Shown here: in pieces, positions 16,461 to 25,318 of the stretch | Layout: every line of letters begins with the position of its first letter | Numbering within the stretch: the stretch's first letter is position 1 | NCBI GenBank assembly: GCA_017534815.1 | Contig: JAFXVS010000018.1 | Span: forward strand, 27,768 to 91,767 | Direction: 5' to 3' | Length of the DNA: 64,000 nt | Origin: Bacteroidaceae bacterium | GTDB taxonomy: Bacteria > Bacteroidota > Bacteroidia > Bacteroidales > Bacteroidaceae | Notes under the pieces: generated by a model | The model's input: the letters and a program-made list of their open reading frames with translations, nothing else | The model's database searches: none | What the model was told of the DNA's origin: nothing | Position numbers and translations under genes: made by a program

Positions 16461-17162
16461 AAGCTGGAGACGCGAGTCGAAATGACTGCGGATGCTCACC
16501 TTGTCGCAGACGGAAAGGTAGAAGTCGATGATGGAGAACTTGCCCTGCCATGAGTCCATTAGGGGAAGCAAGGAAGGGTGAAAAACCTGAATGCCTGAGA
16601 AAGCAAACTTTTTGAGTTGCCCAGCCCATGCGCTGGGCGTTTGTTTTTCTAAGGCCTTGATTTCGGGGAATGGCGAGCGTACTTCTCCTGTGGCGATGTT
16701 AGTCCATCCGACGAGTCGGTCTGTGTCATCGAAGAGGAGGTAGCGCTGGGTCTGACGGTCAGATACGAGGAGAGTCGTGGTGCCAGTGGCAAGGACTTCA
16801 TCGTACAGACCCACAAGGTCCGCATTGGAGAGGATATCAACGTTGTGGACGAGGATGGGCTTGTCGTTGGAGAAAAGGCGGGCAGCTTTCTTGAGTCCCC
16901 CACCCGTCTCGAGCAACATATCGGTCTCGTCGCTGAAACGGATATCGATGCCGAAGCAATGGTTGGCATTGACGAAGTCGATAATCTGCTGAGCAAAGTG
17001 GTGAACGTTAATGACGACTTCTGTCACACCGATGCATCTCAGTTTCTCGATGAGTATCTGTACGAGGGGCTTTCCATTGATGGGCACCATCGCCTTGGGC
17101 ATGGTGTCGGTGAGAGGTTTGAGTCGGGTGCCGAGACCGGCAGCAAAAATAAGTGCGTTCAT
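16404..17162 (-). CDS. Sugar-1-phosphate nucleotidyltransferase, MurU-like (N-acetylmuramate-1-P uridylyltransferase family)
   Basis: MNALIFAAGLGTRLKPLTDTMPKAMVPINGKPL.. NTP-transferase signature. Immediately downstream of an AmgK-like kinase gene. Confidence 0.75.
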   Translation of the reverse strand: MNALIFAAGLGTRLKPLTDTMPKAMVPINGKPLVQILIEKLRCIGVTEVVINVHHFAQQIIDFVNANHCFGIDIRFSDETDMLLETGGGLKKAARLFSNDKPILVHNVDILSNADLVGLYDEVLATGTTTLLVSDRQTQRYLLFDDTDRLVGWTNIATGEVRSPFPEIKALEKQTPSAWAGQLKKFAFSGIQVFHPSLLPLMDSWQGKFSIIDFYLSVCDKVSIRSHFDSRLQLLDVGKLDTIAKAETFLQS

Positions 17163-17179
17163 TTTCTAGAGGCAAGAGA

Positions 17180-18664
17180 TTAGAATTTGGAAGTGATGCC
17201 TTGTTCACGATGGCAAAGATGGACTTCAACTCCGAACTTTTGGTGGATATGTTCGGCGACGTGCTGAGCACAATAGACGGAACGGTGACGTCCACCAGTA
17301 CATCCGAAGGAAACTTGCAAGTGGGTAAAGCCTCGCTGTTGGTAACGAGCCACGTGAAAATCAACAAGTTTATAGACACTTTCAAGGAAGGTGAGAATTT
17401 CACCATCCTGTTCAAGAAAGTCGATAACGGGCTGGTCTAGTCCGGTTAGAGGCTTGTACTCGTCATAGCGTCCAGGGTTGTTAGTGCTACGGCAGTCGAA
17501 CACGTAGCCACCACCATTGCCACTCTTGTCATCGGGGATTCCCTTCTTGAAGGAGAAGGAGAATACATCGACAACGAGGTGTCCCTGCCCTACCCTCTGC
17601 TTCTGCTCTTCAGCGTTGAGGGCGATGAGCGACTGCGCCACATCTTTTAAATAAGGATAGGGTTCGCAAGTGCCTATGGAGAGTTCCTTCTCCAAGTTGT
17701 CAATGGCTAACGAAATACTGTTGGCGAAGTAAGTTTTCTTCTCCCAAAGTCCCCGATAGCCGTATGCTCCCAAGACCTGAAGGATGCGGAAGAAGACAAA
17801 GAGGTGGAGACGCTGTTGGAAAGTTGAAAGTTGATAATTGAAAGTTGATAATTGGGAAGTTGATAATTGGGAAGTAAGGGCATCAAGATATTCATTGATA
17901 AGGAGGTTGCGCACTTCGTCGGAAAACTTAGCTGATGACTGCCAGAGAAAAGAGGCGACATCATAGTATATGGGGCCGCGGCGACCACCCTGGAAATCGA
18001 TGAAATAGGGCTTACCTTCTTTTAGCATGACGTTTCGTGACTGGAAGTCACGATAGAGGAATGTATTCTCCTGATCGTCAAAAAGGTCATCAGCCAAACG
18101 CTCAAAATCTTGCTGGAGCTTGAATTCATTGAACTCGACGCCCTTGAGTTTGAGGAAGCAGTACTTGAAGTAGTTGAGGTCGAACATGACGCTCGTTCTG
18201 TCCATTTCCTGCTGAGGGAAGCAATGGCAGAACACCTCGTCTGCCTCATCACACCCCACCGTTGAGAACTGGAAACGGGGCAACTCTCGGATAGTTGCTT
18301 TTAGAGCCTCCAGCGCCTTTGCATCGAGAGCACCATCTTCCTGACGATGTTGCGCCATAAAAGCATAGAGGGACAGGTCGCCACAATCCTCTTGTAGATA
18401 GACCATCCCATCCTCCGACACGGCCAGCAACTCTGGCACGGGCAAACCCTTTTGTTTGAAGAAACGAGCCAAGGTGATGAAGGCATCGTTCTCTTCCCTG
18501 TTGGTACCAATAACGGCGATGAGAGGAGATAGGTGAGAAGAGGCAGACTCCTCTCCACCAAATACGCGAAAATATTGGCGATTGCTGCCAGCACCGGCGA
18601 GGGACTCGATGCGTTGCGGCTCAACGCCTGTCAGTTTTTGAAATAATTGAGAAATCCGTTCCAT
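17180..18664 (-). CDS. Fusion: AmgK-like phosphotransferase (APH/choline-kinase fold) plus RapZ-C-terminal-like domain
   Basis: N-part: ..FLYRDFQSRNVML.., ..YFIDFQGGRRGPIYYDVASF.. (APH kinase motifs). C-part: ..VDVFSFSFKKGIP..YVFDCRSTNNPGRY..LTGLD..V..FL....SFGCTGGRHRSVY.. matches my memory of the E. coli RapZ C-domain. Confidence 0.75.
   Translation of the reverse strand: MERISQLFQKLTGVEPQRIESLAGAGSNRQYFRVFGGEESASSHLSPLIAVIGTNREENDAFITLARFFKQKGLPVPELLAVSEDGMVYLQEDCGDLSLYAFMAQHRQEDGALDAKALEALKATIRELPRFQFSTVGCDEADEVFCHCFPQQEMDRTSVMFDLNYFKYCFLKLKGVEFNEFKLQQDFERLADDLFDDQENTFLYRDFQSRNVMLKEGKPYFIDFQGGRRGPIYYDVASFLWQSSAKFSDEVRNLLINEYLDALTSQLSTSQLSTFNYQLSTFQQRLHLFVFFRILQVLGAYGYRGLWEKKTYFANSISLAIDNLEKELSIGTCEPYPYLKDVAQSLIALNAEEQKQRVGQGHLVVDVFSFSFKKGIPDDKSGNGGGYVFDCRSTNNPGRYDEYKPLTGLDQPVIDFLEQDGEILTFLESVYKLVDFHVARYQQRGFTHLQVSFGCTGGRHRSVYCAQHVAEHIHQKFGVEVHLCHREQGITSKF
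17820..17876 (-). repeat. Imperfect 14/15-nt tandem repeat inside the kinase gene (encodes TSQLSTSQLSTFNYQLSTFQQ)
   Basis: agttgataattg at 17829, 17843 and 17858 (offsets 14 and 15), plus partial copies on both sides. Confidence 0.8.
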
Positions 18665-18667
18665 TCC

Positions 18668-19876
18668 TTATTCTTTGCGTTTCCAGATGCTCATCACTTT
18701 TCCATGTACAGCGATGATATTGAAGATGCTGACGATGACCAGCAGAATCACACCCACAAGGAGGGCTTGTCCGATGCCAGGCACCTCAAGATCAGGGAAG
18801 AAGTTCTCGAACATCTCGAGATAGATGCCTCTGACCACCAGCATGATGACCACCGCCAAGATAAGCACCAATACATTCAGCCCCACGGTAAGTGCCTGAT
18901 ATGGGAACGAAACCTTGACGGGTGAATAGCCGATGAGCAAGAGGTTTTCCAATTTCGTACTGTTCTTCTGTACGAGGAGGAAGACGCTGAGCATCAAGAT
19001 ATAGAACGAAAGAATGCTGATCACCACGCCCACCATCATGACGATGCTGACAATGACGCGCAGGATGAACGTCGTCTTCGAGGCATCCAGCTTATCCTCA
19101 TCCGTCTCGTAGTTGTGGTCTTGCAGGAAGCTCGTGATGCGGTCATCCGTCGGGTTGCTCACTTCGACAATCAGACGCGTCGGCTCTTTGGTGGCATCTC
19201 CACTGGCATACTGCTGATTAGCCCACTGCATGAACTGCTCAGGCACAAGAATCGTGTTCAGACGCTGCGAGAAACCGACAATCCGACCATAGTAATCGCC
19301 ATGTTCTCCGTTCCCGTCTATCTGAATCTGGAGCTTCATCGCTCCAAGGATGCCTTCGCTGAGCTTAGGAAGTCCCTTGCCCTGCGCATAGCCGAAGTTG
19401 TAGAGGTCGAGGTAGTTCTTAGGCAAAATGATGGGAATGTCGGCGCTGCCCTCCTGATAGTGCCAAGCATCACTCTCCACATCCACGAAATCATCGGGAA
19501 CGCTCTCGAAGAACATCTCGGTGGAGAAGCTCACGAAGCCCTCCACATCGAATCGGGCACGTACATTATAAGAACTGGGGGTAAAGGCGCCGATGCGTTC
19601 CACGAAAGGCTCAGCCTTCAACTCGTTGATGTCCTCCTCGTCGAAGGTGTTCTGCGAGCCCGTCAGTCCCGACAGCGCACCAATCTTCTTGTTGACAATC
19701 AGGTAGTCAGCCTTCATGAAGCTGTCCTCATTGTCCAAAGCTCTGTAGTCGTTATAGAACTGCACACCCAGCAGGATGATGACCACGCCGACCAGGTTGG
19801 CGAAAAAGAATCCCACAAACTGCGGAATGCTGATGTGCTGCCTTAAAAGTTTCCAAACCAAATTCATCTTCATCAC
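18668..19876 (-). CDS. ABC transporter permease, FtsX-like
   Basis: 402 aa. N-terminal TM, large extracytoplasmic loop, C-terminal 3-TM FtsX-type bundle. Confidence 0.75.
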   Translation of the reverse strand: MMKMNLVWKLLRQHISIPQFVGFFFANLVGVVIILLGVQFYNDYRALDNEDSFMKADYLIVNKKIGALSGLTGSQNTFDEEDINELKAEPFVERIGAFTPSSYNVRARFDVEGFVSFSTEMFFESVPDDFVDVESDAWHYQEGSADIPIILPKNYLDLYNFGYAQGKGLPKLSEGILGAMKLQIQIDGNGEHGDYYGRIVGFSQRLNTILVPEQFMQWANQQYASGDATKEPTRLIVEVSNPTDDRITSFLQDHNYETDEDKLDASKTTFILRVIVSIVMMVGVVISILSFYILMLSVFLLVQKNSTKLENLLLIGYSPVKVSFPYQALTVGLNVLVLILAVVIMLVVRGIYLEMFENFFPDLEVPGIGQALLVGVILLVIVSIFNIIAVHGKVMSIWKRKE

Positions 19877-19879
19877 ATT

Positions 19880-20524
19880 TTAGAGGTTAAACACTTGGTC
19901 GTAAGGCAGGTCGATATGCTTGCCAATACTGGTCAGGATAATGCCAGCCCCCTGCTTCTTCGCCTCCGCTGTCATGATTCGACCCATGATGGCAGCGTTA
20001 GTGTCGTCGAGGTGGCTGATGGGCTCATCCACAAAGAGGAAGTCGAAGGGCTGACACAAGGCTCGGATGAGGGCGACACGCTGCTGCTGACCGAACGACA
20101 TGCGTCCCATCTTGGCATTCAGCTTGTCAGAGATACCCAACATCTCAAACCACTCCAGCACCTGCTCCTTCGTCTGATGACCCGTCAGTTTGTTCTTGAT
20201 GTCCACATTCTCCCACGCAGTCAGTTCGGGGAACATTCTCAGTTCCTGCCACAATAGGGCGAAGTGCTTCTTGCGGATGTCCGTCCAGCGAGCCACCGAG
20301 TACTTGCGGATGTCCTCGCCGTCGAAAAGAATCTGTCCTTGATAGTCGTGGCGATAGCCATAGATGTAACTGCACAGCGATGATTTGCCCGTGCCCGAAT
20401 TGGCTTCCACGAGATACAATTTTCCCTTCTCAAAATCCACCCGTTTGTGCCAGATGTCGCTCTCGATGTCAGAGCGACTCTGGAACACATTAGGTAGAGT
20501 GTCAATCAGTTCTATCTTGTTCAT
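19880..20524 (-). CDS. ABC transporter ATP-binding protein
   Basis: Walker A ANSGTGKSSL, signature MSFGQQQRV, Walker B LFVDEP. Confidence 0.9.
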   Translation of the reverse strand: MNKIELIDTLPNVFQSRSDIESDIWHKRVDFEKGKLYLVEANSGTGKSSLCSYIYGYRHDYQGQILFDGEDIRKYSVARWTDIRKKHFALLWQELRMFPELTAWENVDIKNKLTGHQTKEQVLEWFEMLGISDKLNAKMGRMSFGQQQRVALIRALCQPFDFLFVDEPISHLDDTNAAIMGRIMTAEAKKQGAGIILTSIGKHIDLPYDQVFNL

Positions 20525-22005
20525 TTAAGTAATTGCTTCAAGAAATTCTCGTCGTTGTCCTTCAGTTCAACAACCAGCATGCCCTCGTCGGTCGTTTCGC
20601 TCTTCAGCACGATGGACTTCAGTTTGTCAAGCACATCAGCCACGGCAGCCATATCCCTGTCCTTCTGAGCCATCTCCTTGAACGGGATCTTCGCCAGGTT
20701 CACATATATATATACCTTGCTGTTCTTGATGTCGGACTTCTTTTCGAGCAACGGATTGAGTCCATTGCCTTTGCGGCTGGCATTCTCTGACGAAAGGAAG
20801 AGATCCTTGTCCTGAACGCCCCAGAAATACGTTGCTTCGTCCGTGGTGAGTTCATACTGGTTCTCGCCATTCTTCACCATTGACATTTCATATTCCTTCA
20901 TCGTCTCCATCCAGTCATCAACGTCGGCGAGGAAGTCTGAGTTCTTCAGGTTGGCATAGACGATGTATTCAGGATTGTCCTGCTCCACAATGTCGTCAAT
21001 TTGGAATTCCACAGCCATATCGCCATCCACTGACATCAGCATCTGCTCAATGTCGATGGCACGTTCCAACATGAAGAGACTTTCCTTCAGAGACTTGTTG
21101 TTCTTAATCTTATCCAGCATCCACTCACCCTTCACATTCATGCCGACCCAAATCAGCGCATTGTCTGCCACGCGGTCGAGATATTTGCCCTCGATCTTGC
21201 CGACGTTCTTCTCAGCCTCCTCAATCATCGCCTTGCCTTGGTCGTTGGTACCCCAAACCTTGGCCTTGAGCGTAGCCTGGCCATCCTCAAAGTTCAGGCT
21301 CATGAGCGCATCCATATCCTTCATGTCCACCGACGATGGCATGACGGCTTCCAGCGCATCCTTCAGAGCAGCCTTGCTCAACTTGCCGTTCAAGTAGAGC
21401 GACACATCCTGATCTTCAGCGTTCATGCGGCTGAATGCCTCCGTGCTGGCGAAGCTGTCCGACTCCTTCATGGTCATCAGCTCTTTTGCCATGGTGGCTG
21501 CCTTGGATGCACCCTTGTTCTCCATCGATGCCAACAGCAGGAAGGTGTTCTTGTCGTAGGCAAAACTGATTTCATCCACCAGCGTGCCGGTCGTCAATCC
21601 ATCCTTCTCTGAGATTTTCGATGCCATGCCCTGCTTGTTGAGCATGTCGAGGAACTCCTTCAGGTCGGCCTCGTCACCCGTCTTCAGGGTCATGCCGACA
21701 GTCTCCTCGCCCACCAGGAAGATGTAGAGTGGCGTGCTGAGGTCGAAGCCCATCTTCTGAGGGTCGTTCATGTATTCCTTCACCACCTTCAGATCTTCGC
21801 CCTTCACAGACGAAGCGATGGCGGCGTCAAGCAGCATTTTATACTTCGAGTTCTTGAAATCAGCCTTGTCGGCGATGGACTGGACATCCACTTTCATCAC
21901 CAGCGTGGCGTTTGCCGGGATTGCCTTCTGATACTCGGTGTTGGTGCAGGAGCACAATGCCATGATGACCAGAGCCATCATCGAAATGAAACGAATTTTC
22001 TTCAT
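20521..22005 (-). CDS. DUF4836-like lipoprotein
   Basis: MKKIRFISMMALVIMALCSC lipobox. 494 aa. 4-nt overlap with the ABC ATPase gene. Confidence 0.6.
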   Translation of the reverse strand: MKKIRFISMMALVIMALCSCTNTEYQKAIPANATLVMKVDVQSIADKADFKNSKYKMLLDAAIASSVKGEDLKVVKEYMNDPQKMGFDLSTPLYIFLVGEETVGMTLKTGDEADLKEFLDMLNKQGMASKISEKDGLTTGTLVDEISFAYDKNTFLLLASMENKGASKAATMAKELMTMKESDSFASTEAFSRMNAEDQDVSLYLNGKLSKAALKDALEAVMPSSVDMKDMDALMSLNFEDGQATLKAKVWGTNDQGKAMIEEAEKNVGKIEGKYLDRVADNALIWVGMNVKGEWMLDKIKNNKSLKESLFMLERAIDIEQMLMSVDGDMAVEFQIDDIVEQDNPEYIVYANLKNSDFLADVDDWMETMKEYEMSMVKNGENQYELTTDEATYFWGVQDKDLFLSSENASRKGNGLNPLLEKKSDIKNSKVYIYVNLAKIPFKEMAQKDRDMAAVADVLDKLKSIVLKSETTDEGMLVVELKDNDENFLKQLLK

Positions 22006-22035
22006 AATGCTTTCGGTTTTAATTGGTTAATAATA

Positions 22036-22778
22036 TTATTGGTTAATAATGTTCATGATGTGTACAGCCACCAGCGCCGCCGTTTCCGTCCGCAGACGGC
22101 TCTTGCCCAGCGTGGCGCTCTGGAATCCCATCTCCTCCGCCTCTTTCACCTCTTCGATGGAGAAATCTCCTTCTGGTCCCACCATCACCAGCACGTCCTC
22201 GCCCCTCCTGATGGCATCCTTCAGTGCTACCTTCTCGCCCAATCCTTCCTCCTCGTGGCAATGGCAGATGAACTTCTGCATCGGCTTGCCGCTTTCCTCC
22301 TCTCTTTTCTTGATGGCTTGCACAAATGCCTTAAAGTCTGTCATCTCGTTCAGCACAGGTTTCCATGCCTTGTGGCTCTGCTTCATCGCCGACACGAGAA
22401 TCTTCTCGATGCGTTCCGTCTTGATGACCGTCCTCTCCGACCATCGGCTCCGCAGGAACGTCAGTTCGTCGAAGCCTATCTCTGTGGCCTTCTCTGCCAA
22501 CCACTCCGTCCTGTCCATGTTTTTCGTCGGAGCCATCGCCAGATGCAGATGTGGCAACCATTGACGTTCCTGAGGCAGCGTCTCCTCGATGCGATAAAGG
22601 CAGCGCTTCTTGTCGCCTCCGTCACGACGGCACGGTAGAACACGCCCTCGCCGTCCATCAGCATCATCTCGTCGCCCATCTCCATCCGCAACACACGCAC
22701 CGCATGCTGAGCCTCATCCTCGGACAACTCATTCACGTTCGCAGCGTCAGGCACATAGAAGAAACGAACCTCTTTCAT
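22036..22778 (-). pseudogene. rsmE: 16S rRNA (uracil1498-N3)-methyltransferase RsmE, split by a 1-nt frameshift near 22612-22616
   Basis: ORF 22476-22778 gives MKEVRFFYVPD...FYRAVVTEA. The family sequence continues in another frame: DKKRCLYRIEETLPQERQWLPHLHLAMAPTKNMDR... (ORF 22036-22557). Confidence 0.75.
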
Positions 22779-22812
22779 TAATAATTAAGAATTAAGAGTT
22801 AAAAATTAAGAG

Positions 22813-23826
22813 TTAAGAATTGACTCTCGCGTAAGCAGGTAAATCTATCGATGCAAAGTCCTTGTCAAGATACTTGAAGTAGCCCGTGATACCGATCATC
22901 GCCGCATTGTCGGTCGTATAGGAGAACTTCGGGATGAAAATCTTCCAGTGATAGCGTCGGGCATGGTCACGGAACGCATTGCGCAGCCCGTTGTTCGCGC
23001 TCACCCCGCCAGCCACAGCCACCTGCTTGATGCCCGTGTCCTTCACCGCCTTGCGCAGTTTCTTCATCAGGATGTCCACGATGGTCTTTTCCAACGATGC
23101 TGCCAAATCCTCCTTGTGGTGCTCGATGAAGTCCGGGTCTTCCTTCAGCCAGTCTCTCAGATGATAGAGGAATGACGTCTTCAGACCCGAGAAACTATAA
23201 TCATAGCCCGCGATGTCAGGTTTCGAGAACTCAAACGCCTCCGGATTTCCCTGACGTGCCAGCTTGTCGATGATCGGGCCGCCCGGATAGCCCAGCCCCA
23301 TCACCTTCGAGCACTTGTCAATCGCCTCGCCAGCCGCATCGTCAATCGTCTGACCCAGAATCTCCATATCCTTATACGAATTCACCTTCACAATCTGGCT
23401 GTTGCCACCGCTGACGAGCAGACACAGATAAGGGAACGTGGGCTGGTCGTGGTCATCCTCGCTTTCTCTGATGAAGTGCGCCAGCACATGCCCCTGCAGG
23501 TGATTCACGTCAATCATCGGGATGCCCAGACTCCTCGCGAAACCCTTCGCAAAGCTCACCCCCACCAAGAGGCTCCCCATCAGACCCGGCCCTCTCGTGA
23601 AGGCCACCGCATTCAGATCCTCCTTCGTGATGCCAGCCCGCTTGATGGCGGCATCCACCACCGGCACGATATTCTGCTGATGCGCGCGGCTCGCCAATTC
23701 CGGCACCACGCCACCATACTCCTCATGCACAGCCTGCGAAGCCGTCACATTGCTCAGCAAGATGCCATCCTTCAGCACCGCCGCACTCGTGTCGTCGCAC
23801 GAACTTTCTATTGCCAGTATATACAT
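22813..23826 (-). CDS. tsaD: tRNA N6-adenosine threonylcarbamoyltransferase
   Basis: MYILAIESSCDDTSAAVL.., ..HLQGHVLA.., Kae1/TsaD family. Confidence 0.95.
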   Translation of the reverse strand: MYILAIESSCDDTSAAVLKDGILLSNVTASQAVHEEYGGVVPELASRAHQQNIVPVVDAAIKRAGITKEDLNAVAFTRGPGLMGSLLVGVSFAKGFARSLGIPMIDVNHLQGHVLAHFIRESEDDHDQPTFPYLCLLVSGGNSQIVKVNSYKDMEILGQTIDDAAGEAIDKCSKVMGLGYPGGPIIDKLARQGNPEAFEFSKPDIAGYDYSFSGLKTSFLYHLRDWLKEDPDFIEHHKEDLAASLEKTIVDILMKKLRKAVKDTGIKQVAVAGGVSANNGLRNAFRDHARRYHWKIFIPKFSYTTDNAAMIGITGYFKYLDKDFASIDLPAYARVNS

Positions 23827-23827
23827 A

Positions 23828-24694
23828 TCAATACGTCAGTATTTCCAATCCTTCCTCCGTCATCACATACGTATGCTCCCACTGCGCCGAGTCGCTGTAG
23901 TCATCCGTCACCACCGTCCACTCATCGTCACTATCGACAAACACCTGCCAGCCACCCGCATTGATCATCGGCTCGATCGTGAACACCATGCCCGGCACCA
24001 GCAGCATGCCCGTGCCCTTCTTCCCATAGTGCTCCATGTCAGGATCCTCGTGGAAGGCATTGCCCACACCGTGTCCGCAGAGGTCGCGCACCACCGTGCA
24101 GCCGTTCCTGTGCGCATGCTTCGTAATCGCCGCCGCCGAGTCACCCACAAATGTGTAGGGCTTGCAAGCCTCGGCACCGATCTCCATACACTCCTTCGCC
24201 ACCTGCACCAGTCGCTCCCGCTCCGGCGTTGTCCTGCCGATGATGAACATGCGGCTCGCGTCAGCAAAGTAGCCATCCAGAATCGTCGTGCAATCCACGT
24301 TGATGATGTCACCCTCCTCCAGGATCTCCTCCTCATTCGGGATGCCGTGGCACACCACCTCGTTCACGCTCGTGCAGCAGCTCTTCGGGAAGCCCTCATA
24401 ATTCAGCGGCGCAGGGATGCCCCCGTGCTGCGTCGTATAGTCATACACCAGCTGGTCAATCTCCAGCGTGCTCATGCCCTCGCGGATTTTCTCCTGCACC
24501 AGGTCCAGCACCGCCGTGTTCAGCACACCCGCCCTGCGGATGCCCTCAATCTGCTCCGGTGTCTTGATCAGCTCACGTTTCGGCACCAGGCAGCCCTTAT
24601 TTTGGAAATACAAGATTCTCCTGTCCATTTCCGTCAGCGGCTGTCCACTCTTCACGTGCCAATTTCTCGGATTTTTCTTCTTCAACAATCCCAT
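23828..24694 (-). CDS. map: Type I methionyl aminopeptidase
   Basis: ..EVVCHGIPN.., ..INVDCTTILDGYFAD.., ..CGHGVG.., ..FTIEPMI.. metal-ligand motifs. Confidence 0.95.
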   Translation of the reverse strand: MGLLKKKNPRNWHVKSGQPLTEMDRRILYFQNKGCLVPKRELIKTPEQIEGIRRAGVLNTAVLDLVQEKIREGMSTLEIDQLVYDYTTQHGGIPAPLNYEGFPKSCCTSVNEVVCHGIPNEEEILEEGDIINVDCTTILDGYFADASRMFIIGRTTPERERLVQVAKECMEIGAEACKPYTFVGDSAAAITKHAHRNGCTVVRDLCGHGVGNAFHEDPDMEHYGKKGTGMLLVPGMVFTIEPMINAGGWQVFVDSDDEWTVVTDDYSDSAQWEHTYVMTEEGLEILTY

Positions 24695-24713
24695 ACATTT
24701 ACAAATTATGGTG

Positions 24714-24721
24714 CAAAGGTA
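24714..24721 (-). promoter_or_regulatory. -7 box TACCTTTG (minus strand) for map
   Basis: Plus-strand caaaggta, 20 nt upstream of ATG 24694. Confidence 0.5.
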
Positions 24722-25126
24722 CGATTAAGTGAGCACAATACAAAGGGAAAATTGTTTTTTTCACTTTTATTGTCGAACGATAGTACCTTCGGCGTAGCCA
24801 ACGGTAGTGAAAATCGAGAGAAAAACCAAATTTATTCGAGTTCTTCCGAACGAGAGTACGTTCTTTATCCACGTTGTTACGAAAGCGCAAGCGATGACGG
24901 CGAAGCCAAAGGTACAAAAAATACAAGTATTATTACATCTCGTTTATCGAATGCTTACAATCAATCTTTCTTCATCACAATATTTATGGAACTTTTTTCA
25001 ATAAGGCACGCTTATTTTTCAGCAGAGGCGGGTTATTTGGCAATAAGGCTGGGTTATTGTAGAAGAAAAAAAGAGAAATATTGCAAATGTAATATGGAAA
25101 AACTTGGAAGATGGAAAAGAAATACT

Positions 25127-25134
25127 TACCTTTG
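25127..25134 (+). promoter_or_regulatory. -7 box TACCTTTG
   Basis: Consensus match about 185 nt upstream of ATG 25319, implying a long 5' leader. Confidence 0.45.
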
Positions 25135-25158
25135 CAGTCCATTTGTGTAGGCTTTTGT

Positions 25159-25250
25159 CCAGTTGTTGTTCAGTTGTTGTCCAGTTGTTGTTCAGTGAAT
25201 AACTGTACAACAACTGAAGAACAATAGAGGAACAATTGAACAACAAAGGA
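25159..25250 (+). repeat. 92-bp imperfect palindrome built from 11-nt units (YCAGTTGTTGT x3.5, then inverted ANAACAAnnGA x4)
   Basis: ccagttgttgt 25159, tcagttgttgt 25170, ccagttgttgt 25181, tcagtg 25192. The right arm acaacaactga 25207 is the exact complement of a unit; agaacaataga, ggaacaattga and acaacaaagga follow. Confidence 0.85.
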
Positions 25251-25318
25251 AGGTGAACGTGATGTGAGGTAAAGTAAAGACGAAGTTAATATAACCCAGA
25301 AGAAAGGAGACAATAAAT

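Noticed and set aside
24865-24873. DnaA-box-like TTATCCACG (8/9 match) in the map-25319 gap
   Set aside because: It is a single isolated near-match 16 kb from dnaA, which is expected by chance. No cluster or DUE context is present.
23750-25150. 466-aa ORF on the + strand across tsaD/map and into the AT-rich gap
   Set aside because: It lies antisense to two well-supported genes, has an R/H/L-rich low-complexity translation, and has no start context.
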